Source: Candidatus Moraniibacteriota bacterium (GTDB taxonomy: Bacteria; Patescibacteriota; Minisyncoccia; Moranbacterales; GWC2-37-73). From it: a stretch of 64,000 nt of DNA. Shown piece after piece: positions 46,957-56,250 of the stretch. The stretch covers positions 116,003 through 180,002 of the forward strand of contig DAOOTD010000001.1 of NCBI GenBank assembly GCA_035390125.1. The letters are read 5' to 3'. The position numbers and the translations under genes were made by a program. Below the pieces are notes generated by a model, which saw nothing but the letters and a program-made list of their open reading frames with translations, had not been told where the DNA came from and did no database searches. How positions within the stretch are numbered: position 1 is the stretch's first letter; every line of letters begins with the position of its first letter.

Positions 46957-47754
46957 TTATAATAATTTTTTCTTGGCTATAGTTCTCAGTTCTTCATTAA
47001 ACTCTTCGATCGCCTGATTTATTATCGGGTCGAATTTTTTATAAAGTTCTTTTTTCTTAACAATGTTGCCAGCTTCCAGGAGAGAATCAAAGGTTCCAGC
47101 ATCCAGCCATTCTCCCTCAATTTTTTCTACTGCAAGTTCTCCCATTTCCAGGTATTTCTTGTTGATATCAGTTATTTCGATTTCTCCCCTCTCGGAAGGA
47201 GACAAGTTTTTGGAAATATCAGAAACTCTTTTGTCATAAACATAGATGCCGGTAATGGCCCAATCACTTAAAAAATCTTTTGGTTTTTCCTTGACTTCTA
47301 CAGCTTTTCCTTTTTCATCGAACTTGACTACTCCGAATCTTTCCGGATCAGGTACTTTTTTAGCGAAAACCATTCCGCCATCTTTGAAATTTTTTATTTT
47401 TTCTCCCAAATCATCCTCAAAGATATTGTCTCCCAAAATCATGGCGATATTGTTATTGCCGATGAAATTTTCTCCTAAAATAAAAGCCTCCGCCAAACCG
47501 CGGGGCACTTTTTGAACCTCAAAAGACAAACTAATGCCAAATTTCTTAAAAATTGAACCTAAGAGATTTATGTATTGCCCACTGTGCTCCGGAGCTACAA
47601 TTATCAAAATATCTTTTATACCCGCTTTTATCAGAGTATTTAATGGATAAAAAATCATCTGCCTGTCATAAACAGGAAGCAATTGCTTTGATGTCGTTGA
47701 GGTTAAAGGAAAAAGTCTTGTGGCTGTTCCTCCTGATAAAATTATCCCCTTCAT
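46957..47754 (-). CDS. rfbA: Sugar-1-phosphate nucleotidyltransferase (glucose-1-phosphate thymidylyltransferase-like)
   Basis: MKGIILSGGTATRLFPLT signature (G-x-G-T-R-L). Confidence 0.75.
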   Translation of the reverse strand: MKGIILSGGTATRLFPLTSTTSKQLLPVYDRQMIFYPLNTLIKAGIKDILIIVAPEHSGQYINLLGSIFKKFGISLSFEVQKVPRGLAEAFILGENFIGNNNIAMILGDNIFEDDLGEKIKNFKDGGMVFAKKVPDPERFGVVKFDEKGKAVEVKEKPKDFLSDWAITGIYVYDKRVSDISKNLSPSERGEIEITDINKKYLEMGELAVEKIEGEWLDAGTFDSLLEAGNIVKKKELYKKFDPIINQAIEEFNEELRTIAKKKLL

Positions 47755-47796
47755 AATTTTTTTATCTTAAATTTTTATAAAAAACTACTAAGCAAT

Positions 47797-49047
47797 TTAT
47801 TTAGTGTTAGGATAAATTGGAAATTTTTTGCATAAAGCAATCACTTCTTTATGCAGTTGTTTCAGTTTCTTTTCATTTTTATGGTTTTCAACTGCTTCCT
47901 TGATCCAGAAACATATTTTTTTAATTTCTTTTTCTTTCATGCCGCGCGTCGTCACAGCTGGAACGCCAATTCTAACCCCGCTTGGATCAAAAGGACTGCG
48001 GGGATCATCCGGAATCATATTTTTATTCAAGGTGATACCGATTTTATCCAAAGCTTCCTCAGCTTCTTTTCCAGTTACGCCCTTGGAACCAAAAACATCA
48101 ACAAGAACCATGTGATTATCTGTGCCTCCGAACATCAATTTAAATCCATGCTTTTTTAGTTCAGTTTCTAAAACCTTAGCATTTTTAATTATCTGCTTAG
48201 CGTATGTTTTAAATGACGGTTTTAAAGCTTCGCCAAAAGCCACTGCTTTAGCGGCTGTATTATTCATATGTGGACCGCCTTGAAATCCCGGAAAAGCTGC
48301 TTTATCAATAGCTTTAGCAAATTCTTTCTTGCACATTATCATTCCGCCACGCGGACCGCGGAGTGTTTTGTGGGTTGTAGTTGTAACTATGTCAAAATAT
48401 GGAACCGGATTTGGGATGGCTTTGCCAGCAATAAGTCCGGCAATATGCGCGATATCGAACATAGAAATAGCTCCAACTTTTTTGGCAATGGCTTGGAATT
48501 TTTTGTAATCAAGTTGTCTGGTGTAAGCCGAGAAACCGGCTAAAATAAGTTTCGGCTTATGCTTGATTGCCATTTTTTCCAGCTCTTCATAATCAATTTT
48601 TCCTGATTTGTCTGTTTTGTATCTGATAAAATTATAAATTTGGGCGGAAAGTGTAACTGGATGCCCATGAGTCAAATGGCCGCCATGTGAAAGATCCATG
48701 CCCAAAACTATGTCTCCCGGTTTAAGAACTGCGCTGTAAGCGATCATATTGGCTGGCGCGCCCGAATGAGGCTGGACATTCACGTGTTCAGCTCCAAAAA
48801 GTTTTTTAGCTCTTTCAATCGCTAAGTTTTCTGCAACATCAGTATATTTTTGTCCGCCATAATACCGATGGCCTGGATATCCTTCTGAATATTTATTGGT
48901 AAAAACAGAACCAAGTGCTTCCAAAACAGCTTCTGAAACATAATTTTCCGAAGCAATAAGTTCCATGCCTTCCTGCTGGCGCTTTAATTCGCCTAACATG
49001 CATTTATAAATTTGCGGATCAGATTTTTTTAGATTTTTGTGAATCAT
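47797..49047 (-). CDS. glyA: Serine hydroxymethyltransferase
   Basis: PLP motif [16 protein letters not shown] and overall SHMT length. Confidence 0.9.
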   Translation of the reverse strand: MIHKNLKKSDPQIYKCMLGELKRQQEGMELIASENYVSEAVLEALGSVFTNKYSEGYPGHRYYGGQKYTDVAENLAIERAKKLFGAEHVNVQPHSGAPANMIAYSAVLKPGDIVLGMDLSHGGHLTHGHPVTLSAQIYNFIRYKTDKSGKIDYEELEKMAIKHKPKLILAGFSAYTRQLDYKKFQAIAKKVGAISMFDIAHIAGLIAGKAIPNPVPYFDIVTTTTHKTLRGPRGGMIMCKKEFAKAIDKAAFPGFQGGPHMNNTAAKAVAFGEALKPSFKTYAKQIIKNAKVLETELKKHGFKLMFGGTDNHMVLVDVFGSKGVTGKEAEEALDKIGITLNKNMIPDDPRSPFDPSGVRIGVPAVTTRGMKEKEIKKICFWIKEAVENHKNEKKLKQLHKEVIALCKKFPIYPNTK

Positions 49048-49054
49048 AATTTTA

Positions 49055-49465
49055 TTAATTTTTTATTTTGTTTTCTTTTATTGTTTCTGTAAATTGATTT
49101 AAAAAATATTGAAGCTTTTGAGAATCATGCTCTTTTTTTATGAGTTCCAAATCAGCGTTAAACTCATCAACTAATGTGTCGTATTTTTTCATTTGTTCCT
49201 TATCACTCAATTCTATAATTTTATCAATTACTTCGGGAAAAATCTCTACATTCTTATATTCTTCCCTGTAATATTTTTCATAATGAAGCATGGGCTTAAG
49301 TTCCGAAACACTTTCCGGATCTATCAAGGCAAGTTGTATCTGATCCCAAACATCTGCGGCATGATAAAGCAATTTTTGTTTAAAATAATTATCAAGGTAT
49401 TCCATTTTAGAACGGACCTTGAGTGATTTTTCTGATTCTGGGTTTATATTAGATATATTTTCCAT
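49055..49465 (-). CDS. Hypothetical protein
   Basis: 136-aa ORF tightly packed between glyA and rfbD. Confidence 0.4.
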   Translation of the reverse strand: MENISNINPESEKSLKVRSKMEYLDNYFKQKLLYHAADVWDQIQLALIDPESVSELKPMLHYEKYYREEYKNVEIFPEVIDKIIELSDKEQMKKYDTLVDEFNADLELIKKEHDSQKLQYFLNQFTETIKENKIKN

Positions 49466-50395
49466 TTATTTATTCTTTAAATAATCTTTTAATGCCAGTT
49501 TATAGTTTCTTAGTGGGTTGAGTTTAGTGTTTATAAGAATGGAAACATATGGCCTTTGAGCTGGACGCGGGAATTCATTTGAATTTACGGGGATAATTTT
49601 GGCTTTAATTTTGGCTTGCCTATACAATTCTACAACCGCCTCATACCATGTGCAAGCACCTGTATTAGAGACATGATATATGCCAAAAGGTTTTTTTGAT
49701 TCAATAATTTCCTTAGTTTTTCTGGCCAAGTCGGGAGCATATGTGAAACAGCTGGTTTCTTCGTCAACAACTCTGACTTCTTTCTGTTTTTTGCCTATTT
49801 TTAACATTGTGTCAAAAAAACTCTTCTTGGCATCCCTGGCTTTTCCTGGTTTGCCGAATAATTTTGAAAGGCGGATAATATAATAATTTTCACCTTTTTC
49901 CTGAACGGCATCTTCTCCCATTAATTTTGTCTTTCCGTATTTTTGGAGCGGAGCAGGAATTGCATTTTCATCAAAGCCTATTTGCGGAATAAAATTTTGG
50001 TGTAATCCGCATGACCCGCAAGAGCCGGTACATCCTGCTGGTTCAGTTAATTCAGGCATGCCGTTGAAAACATAGTCTGTTGAATAATGTACAAATGTAG
50101 CACCAATTTTTTTGGCAATTTTTGCCAGATATCCAGGCGCCTTACCATTTATTTTTTTAGCTTTTTCAAATTCAGCCTTATCTTTTTCGCATCCATCAAC
50201 ATTATTATATGCTGCCGCATTTAGAATAATTGCGGGCTTTAATTTTACAATTTTTTCTTGAACCTGTTTTTGATTGGTAATATCAATTTTCTCTTTATCC
50301 CAAGCTGCCACTTTATAATCTTTATCTTTTCTGAAAACAGAGACTAATTCCTGCCCAAGCATTCCCTTAGCTCCGATTATTAAAATTTTTTGCAT
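49466..50395 (-). CDS. rfbD: dTDP-4-dehydrorhamnose reductase
   Basis: MQKILIIGAKGMLGQEL Rossmann N-terminus. Sits in the rml gene context. Confidence 0.75.
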   Translation of the reverse strand: MQKILIIGAKGMLGQELVSVFRKDKDYKVAAWDKEKIDITNQKQVQEKIVKLKPAIILNAAAYNNVDGCEKDKAEFEKAKKINGKAPGYLAKIAKKIGATFVHYSTDYVFNGMPELTEPAGCTGSCGSCGLHQNFIPQIGFDENAIPAPLQKYGKTKLMGEDAVQEKGENYYIIRLSKLFGKPGKARDAKKSFFDTMLKIGKKQKEVRVVDEETSCFTYAPDLARKTKEIIESKKPFGIYHVSNTGACTWYEAVVELYRQAKIKAKIIPVNSNEFPRPAQRPYVSILINTKLNPLRNYKLALKDYLKNK

Positions 50396-50399
50396 AAAT

Positions 50400-51107
50400 T
50401 TATTTTTTACTATTTATTATTTCTTCCAAATAAGCCTTTGCATCTAACTGTTCTTCAAAAGTGTTTTCAAGTTCCAAGCTGATAATTGGCGGCAGAAAAT
50501 CCAAATAGTTTTTCATATAATCCAAGTCTTTGAGTTCATGCATCATGTGACTATCATAGTTTAAAAAACCAAGGAAAGATCTTATTGCAGAAACATGTCC
50601 CACTCCCACTCCAAACTTTCTGATTTTTTCTTCAAAATTGCGATAAGATTTCTTTCGGGTAATGCTTCCTTTAATAAAATCAGAGGCCCAGTGGGTAAAA
50701 TCTATGCAATATCCGGCAAACATTTTTATTTCATTGTCGGTAGGGATGTGTTCCTGATTCTCTAAATAAATCATGTCTTTGTATCTGGAAAGTTTTTCAT
50801 AGTCAAAATTATATTTTGACTTAAGCGGATGAACATTAAAAACTTGCGTTCCATATTTTTCAATAAAAAGATCTAACTCCCATGTTTCCATGTCACTGCG
50901 CAAGTGAACGTGAGGGATGCTTTTAATCGTGCTTTTTTCTAATAATTCATAAAGTTCCTGGCGTTCCTGAAGTTTAAGAAATGTTGGAAAAAGAGCAACT
51001 TCGGTTATATTGAATTTCCTACATTCTTCAATTTTATCTTTCCAATCAGAACCGGGAGTGGTTGTTAGCCCTAGTAAAATTTTGCTATTTCCCATATTGC
51101 TTTGCAT
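50400..51107 (-). CDS. Hypothetical protein embedded in the dTDP-rhamnose cluster
   Basis: 235-aa ORF overlapping rfbB by 23 nt. No family recognised. Confidence 0.4.
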   Translation of the reverse strand: MQSNMGNSKILLGLTTTPGSDWKDKIEECRKFNITEVALFPTFLKLQERQELYELLEKSTIKSIPHVHLRSDMETWELDLFIEKYGTQVFNVHPLKSKYNFDYEKLSRYKDMIYLENQEHIPTDNEIKMFAGYCIDFTHWASDFIKGSITRKKSYRNFEEKIRKFGVGVGHVSAIRSFLGFLNYDSHMMHELKDLDYMKNYLDFLPPIISLELENTFEEQLDAKAYLEEIINSKK

Positions 51108-52089
51108 AGTATTCTTTATAAGATCCTGATTTTATATTTTTCCACCAATCTTCATTGTTTTTATACCATTCAATAGTTTTAACTATTCCCTCTTCAAAAG
51201 AAACTTTTGGTTTCCAACCCAGCTCATTTTTAATTTTTGAAAAATTAATGGCATATCTCCTATCGTGTCCTGGCCGATCTTTTACATATTCGATGAAATC
51301 TTCACTTTTATCCATAAGTCCAATTATTTTTTTTGTAATTTCAATGTTTGGTTTTTCAGAATTTCCTCCGACGCAATATGTTTCTCCTATTTCCCCTTTT
51401 TTAATAACAAGATCAATCGCCTCACAATGGTCTTCAACATAAAGCCAGTCGCGGACATTCATGCCGTCACCATAAACAGGCACATTCTTGTTTTCCATTA
51501 AATTAGTAATAAAAAGCGGAATCATTTTTTCCGGAAATTGAAAGGGGCCGTAATTATTGGAACAATTGGAGATTGTTATTGGCAAGCCATAGGTATGGAA
51601 ATAAGCCCTGACCAACTGGTCTGAAGCTGCCTTGGAAGCGCTATAAGGGCTTCTAGGTTCATAAGGCGTGTTTTCACTAAAAGCAGGATCAAATGGACCT
51701 AAATGGCCGAAAACCTCATCTGTAGAAATATGATGGAATCTTTTGTTGCCGTTGTTTTTGGCTGCTTCCAATAAATTATATGTTCCAAAGACATTGGTCC
51801 GGACAAAATTTTCTGCGTCTAAAATGGAACGGTCAACATGAGATTCAGCGGCAAAATGAACAACCAAGTCAGCGTCTTTGATTAAATCATTAACTAAATT
51901 TTTATCACATATATCACCTTTGATAAATTTGTAATTTTTGTTTTTTTCTATCTCACGTAAATTTTCCAAATTGCCTGCATAAGTCAAAGCATCCAAATTA
52001 ATGATTTGATCATCGGGATATTTTTTCAGCCAATAATGAATAAAATTACTTCCTATAAATCCACATCCCCCTGTAACTAAAATTTTCAT
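51085..52089 (-). CDS. rfbB: dTDP-glucose 4,6-dehydratase
   Basis: MKILVTGGCGFIGSNF, catalytic YSASKAASD (YxxxK). Confidence 0.9.
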   Translation of the reverse strand: MKILVTGGCGFIGSNFIHYWLKKYPDDQIINLDALTYAGNLENLREIEKNKNYKFIKGDICDKNLVNDLIKDADLVVHFAAESHVDRSILDAENFVRTNVFGTYNLLEAAKNNGNKRFHHISTDEVFGHLGPFDPAFSENTPYEPRSPYSASKAASDQLVRAYFHTYGLPITISNCSNNYGPFQFPEKMIPLFITNLMENKNVPVYGDGMNVRDWLYVEDHCEAIDLVIKKGEIGETYCVGGNSEKPNIEITKKIIGLMDKSEDFIEYVKDRPGHDRRYAINFSKIKNELGWKPKVSFEEGIVKTIEWYKNNEDWWKNIKSGSYKEYYAKQYGK

Positions 52090-52097
52090 ATTTTTAT

Positions 52098-52553
52098 TTA
52101 TAAAATTTTATATAGTGAATCAGGATCTTTTTCCCATCTTATTTCATCCACTTCTTCGCTTTTATTTTTCCCCTTATAAAGCTTGTTGGGCAGATTGATT
52201 GACCAGGCATCCTTGTCTCCTATGCATTTATATCCATGAACGACTCCCGGCGGAACAATCACAAGAACAGGATTTTTTTCTCCCACTTCTATTTTCAAAT
52301 GTTCCCCGTTGGTTTCTGAATCTTCCCGCCTGTCCCAAAGATAAAGTTCAAAAGTTCCCGGACCTATGAAAACAAAGCAATCACTTTGGAATTTGTGTTC
52401 ATGCGGTCCACGGACGACTCCGGGTTTCGTCGAACTCACATAGCTCATCACTGGCTGATATCCATTAAGTTCATCCTGGCGGAATATTTCGCTAAGCCAG
52501 CCTCTTTCATCTTCATTTTTACTGATGTTTTTTATGACTATTCCCTTGATCAT
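52098..52553 (-). CDS. rfbC: dTDP-4-dehydrorhamnose 3,5-epimerase (cupin)
   Basis: RGPHEHKFQSDCFVFIGPG cupin core. Confidence 0.75.
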   Translation of the reverse strand: MIKGIVIKNISKNEDERGWLSEIFRQDELNGYQPVMSYVSSTKPGVVRGPHEHKFQSDCFVFIGPGTFELYLWDRREDSETNGEHLKIEVGEKNPVLVIVPPGVVHGYKCIGDKDAWSINLPNKLYKGKNKSEEVDEIRWEKDPDSLYKIL

Positions 52554-52653
52554 ATCTTCTTTATTTTTCTTTATTAAAGCTTTTTAATGATACTATGAAC
52601 GGATATTTTTGGCAAAATAAAAAGGCTGTCTTCGCGACAACCTTTTGTCTTTT

Positions 52654-53706
52654 TTATAATTCACCTTTCAGTAAGGCATTTAGTCTTTTCTTTAGCTTCT
52701 CCATGTCGGGTTCAGGATATGTCTTATTTATCTTTTTTTCTTCAGTTTTTTCCTGATTAGGTTCTTCCATGGTCTTATTTAATGAAAAATCGTCAGCGAC
52801 AGGAAGATTGTCAGGTGCATCTCCTTTACCCCCATTATATTTAGGGACTTCTGCAAAATTAGGATATTTGGTATTTTTTTCAAGAATCTTTGTCAGCTTT
52901 TTCATCTCCTGGAATTTACGGGTAAATATATTTCCCAGCTCTTCTTTAGGAGCGAGCTTTATCTCGGCAGGAATATCAGACATGTATAAATTTTCAAGAG
53001 ATTTCAATTCATCTTTTTCAGATTTTTTTTCTCCGGACTTATTTTGTAAATCAAATAAAAACTTTTCCTTAGATTCCTTGTAGTTTTCTATCAATAAGTC
53101 CTTTCTTTTTATTAGTGTATATTGGAAAATAAAAGCTAACAGAAATCCGAGAATTAAGCTTAGCGGAATCACACTTAAAATTCCGGCAATGCGGGGATGC
53201 GTGATCGGTCCTTCAACTGTGAGCAAATCAACATCCTTCTTGATGTCATAATAGAAAGCGGTGAAATAGAAAAGAGTTTCAGTAGTTTTTTCTGCCAGTT
53301 TTTCAGCATCATTTTTTTGTTTGGTGTTGATTGAAATTTTTATTAAAGAAGAATCTCTGCCTATTTTTTTGGTTGAAACCAGTCCATTCCAATAGTCTTT
53401 TCTTTCTGCCGATGATTTTCCGGCGGCAAAATCTTTCACATCGGAATTGTATTTCAGCAAGCGGTCGTAGAGAGCCAAAGTTTTTGGAAATTCGGAAACA
53501 TTGCGGATAATCTGGTTTTTTTGCTGAGCTGCAGTTTCCGATTTTGCATTTACTAAAATTATAACACTGGAAGTGTAGGTTTTGGACAGGCTGATGAACA
53601 GCAATAAAAATGAAAATGAAAGCACTATGCCTGCAACAAAAAATCTCAGAGAAAAATATTCCGAATCCACGCTGATCTTTTGCCAATATTGATTGATTTT
53701 TTCCAT
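52654..53706 (-). CDS. Hypothetical bitopic membrane protein (Wzz-like topology)
   Basis: TM near the N-terminus and a second TM at ~aa 175-195. Adjacent to the rhamnose cluster. Speculative chain-length-determinant-like. Confidence 0.4.
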   Translation of the reverse strand: MEKINQYWQKISVDSEYFSLRFFVAGIVLSFSFLLLFISLSKTYTSSVIILVNAKSETAAQQKNQIIRNVSEFPKTLALYDRLLKYNSDVKDFAAGKSSAERKDYWNGLVSTKKIGRDSSLIKISINTKQKNDAEKLAEKTTETLFYFTAFYYDIKKDVDLLTVEGPITHPRIAGILSVIPLSLILGFLLAFIFQYTLIKRKDLLIENYKESKEKFLFDLQNKSGEKKSEKDELKSLENLYMSDIPAEIKLAPKEELGNIFTRKFQEMKKLTKILEKNTKYPNFAEVPKYNGGKGDAPDNLPVADDFSLNKTMEEPNQEKTEEKKINKTYPEPDMEKLKKRLNALLKGEL

Positions 53707-53708
53707 TT

Positions 53709-53840
53709 ACCCTGTTAAATAAGATTTGAGTCTACTTTATCGTAGAAACAACTTATTTCTAATATATTTGCAATTTAACTTGTAAATTTTCCCCCTCTTT
53801 TTAATCTTAATTTTGCAGAACAAGATTATTTAACAGGGTG
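53709..53840. repeat. 14-bp perfect inverted repeat (ACCCTGTTAAATAA / TTATTTAACAGGGT) enclosing 104 nt, abutting the start codon of the 52654..53706 gene
   Basis: Read from the sequence. The left arm starts 3 nt from the ATG (complement) at 53704-53706. Confidence 0.6.
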
Positions 53841-53926
53841 AAAATGATTTTTTAGATGACTTGGGAGTATAGCAAATATACGCTATCTGTCAATAGCGTG
53901 AGCTTTTTTCAAAAATTGGCATAGAA

Positions 53927-53962
53927 AAAGGGCGGTCAGTTCATTTGAACTTCCCGCCCTTT
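53927..53962 (-). terminator. Rho-independent terminator for the 53980..54471 gene
   Basis: AAAGGGCGG-loop-CCGCCCTTT with a T-run on the minus strand. Confidence 0.6.
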
Positions 53963-53979
53963 GTTAAATTGTTTCGGGG

Positions 53980-54471
53980 TTATTTCCGTCTTCCTATGAA
54001 GAACGCAATTATAATAAAAGCGCCAATCATAGCAAGGACGAAGTAGAATAAATCTACTAATTTCCCCGCTATCTTATTTATCGACCGGCCCTGCTTTATT
54101 ACAGTTCCGGCAGTCGTGTTGTACGCGCCAGTCAGGTTGGATAACCAACCCTCATGTCTGTCTATTTTAACCGACAGATCCTTTAGCTGGCCGTCGACTT
54201 TCGCCTCGATATCGTTGGAAACTTCTTTTTGCGCTTCCAACTCCCCATTTATTCTGGCGAATTGACTATTTGTCGACTTTTTAAGATTAGTGACTTCAGT
54301 TTTCAGCTTTCTGAAGTCAGCAGGCGAAACCTCGGCCTCTGGAGGCGGAGGAGCTTCATATTGCGGACCTGCTATCACCTGGCGCTCTCCGTTAATCGTT
54401 ACGGCTTGTCCCATAGGAACAAACCCCACTACAACTGCAATGGCCACTAAGGCCAGAAAAGTCTTTTTCAT
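53980..54471 (-). CDS. Secreted coiled-coil protein with C-terminal TM anchor
   Basis: N-terminal signal/TM. PPPPEAE linker. C-terminal hydrophobic helix plus RRK. Confidence 0.5.
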   Translation of the reverse strand: MKKTFLALVAIAVVVGFVPMGQAVTINGERQVIAGPQYEAPPPPEAEVSPADFRKLKTEVTNLKKSTNSQFARINGELEAQKEVSNDIEAKVDGQLKDLSVKIDRHEGWLSNLTGAYNTTAGTVIKQGRSINKIAGKLVDLFYFVLAMIGAFIIIAFFIGRRK

Positions 54472-54533
54472 TTTTTCCTCCTCTTTATGTATTGAGTTCG
54501 GGCGAGCTTCCGAAGAAGCTCACCCGGTTAGTG

Positions 54534-55907
54534 TTACAGTTGCGGGACTTTCTCAACCCGCTTCTCCTTCGCAAACCGGTCGGCCGCATCCGGTCCATAA
54601 AGAACATCAATGCAACCTGCCCATAAGAAATAATCTTGGGCAATCAGCCGATCCGCTTCCGCTTGATTGGCACGAATATCATGCCCACGGAAGTAATTGC
54701 GTTCCGCGATCTTAAACTGTTCGATCGCCGAGTTGAGATATCGTTTATCTCCTGTACACTGGTACAGGTCAACATACGCTTCTGCCAACTTGGAGCGCAA
54801 CTGGAGGTTATTTAAGCACCATCTGGTGCACTCTTTGATACGCTGTTTCAACTCTTCAATCCGAGTAAAAATACTGCTCGGATCGCAAGCTTTCACTTGC
54901 GGTGCCGGAGCTGCCGGAGGAGGAACGACCTTAGGCTCAGGTTTCGGCGCCGGAGGCGGAGGGGGCGTACAAACATCAGGTTGGTACCCGACATTCGCAT
55001 ACGCTACCACCTTAACTTGGTATGCCACTTCTGTAAGGGAAAAGGCATTGCCGGTAACGGCTCCTAAAGAGCCTGACCCAGCACCTTTTCCGTCCACGCC
55101 GGAGCCAGTGAAACCGATTCCTAAACTGGAACCGGAATTATGCCTGTCAACCACAGAGTCCCAGTAAATTGCTACGTTAGTGGAACCGGTTTCTTCGACG
55201 GCCTGTAAAACCGTCTTAGCCAATACTTCATCTACTGGCCAGTTCCAGTCGCCAACGCCTTGGTAAACACCCAGTCTCCTAACTGAAGCGTTAGGGGCTA
55301 CATTTATAACTTTAATGATAGTGTTATCATCAATGCGATTATTGATTCGGCTACGTACCGAACCTTTAACTTTTTGAGAAGTCATCGCATTCCATATACT
55401 CCCGCGACCATCCATTAGCCGACCTGAATCGGCCATGGTTTTCAGCTCACCGTAGGTGAATTGGCTATAGTCTGGATCACAGACAACGCCTTTCCAACCC
55501 TTGGGCACTTCGGACGTCGGAGCGCCCACGAAGGCACTCAGTAACGGGGCAACTATGTGATTCGGCGCCTCGTTATTAATCAACATAGAGCTACTGTTAG
55601 CTCTGCTGTCGTTCCTGTTCATGTTCAGGTTGTCGTTCCTGTTCATGTTCAGGTTGTCGTTCCTGTTCATGTTCAGGTTGTCGTTCCTGTTGTTGATATT
55701 ATTTTGGTTATTGAGGTTATTAGCGTTGTTATTGCTAATATCCCCCACATTCGCACTGGCGTCGCCGCCAGTAGCACTGGCATCACCGCCGGTAGCGGTG
55801 GCGCGATTGTCATTCTCGAGTTCAATTTCGATGTCATCTGCGAACGCGAAGTTCGCAGACAGTACCATAATCACCGCGGCCAAAATGGCCAGAGCTTTTT
55901 TCTTCAT
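54534..55907 (-). CDS. Secreted repeat protein, paralog family A (N-terminal ATGGxASATGGxASA module, NRNDNLNM tandem repeats, Pro-rich linkers)
   Basis: Signal peptide. FADDIEIELENDNRATATGGDASATGGDASANVGDI shared with 56251 and 58643. SD AAGGAGGA. Confidence 0.55.
   Translation of the reverse strand: MKKKALAILAAVIMVLSANFAFADDIEIELENDNRATATGGDASATGGDASANVGDISNNNANNLNNQNNINNRNDNLNMNRNDNLNMNRNDNLNMNRNDSRANSSSMLINNEAPNHIVAPLLSAFVGAPTSEVPKGWKGVVCDPDYSQFTYGELKTMADSGRLMDGRGSIWNAMTSQKVKGSVRSRINNRIDDNTIIKVINVAPNASVRRLGVYQGVGDWNWPVDEVLAKTVLQAVEETGSTNVAIYWDSVVDRHNSGSSLGIGFTGSGVDGKGAGSGSLGAVTGNAFSLTEVAYQVKVVAYANVGYQPDVCTPPPPPAPKPEPKVVPPPAAPAPQVKACDPSSIFTRIEELKQRIKECTRWCLNNLQLRSKLAEAYVDLYQCTGDKRYLNSAIEQFKIAERNYFRGHDIRANQAEADRLIAQDYFLWAGCIDVLYGPDAADRFAKEKRVEKVPQL
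55608..55697. repeat. 24-bp tandem repeat x ~3.5 (gtcgttcctgttcatgttcaggtt) encoding (NRNDNLNM)n on the minus strand
   Basis: Read directly from the sequence. Confidence 0.8.
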
Positions 55908-56108
55908 GATTCCTCCTTGGCCTTTCGGGCCTTTAAATATGCTATTAAGTTGTGAAAGATCTTATGTAATTTATGCCGGAGCATATCTTACATATACCAT
56001 TATTTATATTTTTACAAGACTCCAAATCTTTATTATTACTTTTTTATGATTTGTGAAGTCCTGATTTAAATATAAACTTGTTTTCTAGGTACTAATTTAG
56101 AACATTAT

Positions 56109-56137
56109 AGTCTATCATATAATTAGGCTTTTGTCAA
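56109..56137 (-). promoter_or_regulatory. Promoter (minus strand) CTTGACAAAA-17-TAGACT for the 54534..55907 gene
   Basis: One of four near-identical promoter modules in this locus. Confidence 0.5.
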
Positions 56138-56250
56138 GGGGGTGGCTATAAATGGCTTATATTTGGCTATTATGGCTAAATCCCTATAAAGGAGGAGACT
56201 CAATGCTCTTTCAATGAGATTGAGCCTCCATTAACTTTCAAATATCTTAA

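Noticed and set aside
53980-54471. Treating the 53980..54471 protein as a third sortase substrate, because of NLTGA / NTTAGT motifs and a C-terminal helix plus RRK.
   Set aside because: The candidate motif is ~25 residues from the helix and does not match the [A/V]P[N/A]TG of the two clear substrates. It is more simply a C-terminally anchored coiled-coil protein.
55557-56049. Plus-strand ORFs (55557..55955, 55621..56049, 56379..56761, 56918..57118, 59121..59357) overlapping the repeat-rich surface-protein genes.
   Set aside because: They are mirror-frame artefacts of the tandem and low-complexity repeats on the minus strand, giving poly-VVVPVHVQ or LLL-rich translations. The minus-strand genes have signal peptides, SD sites and conserved promoters.
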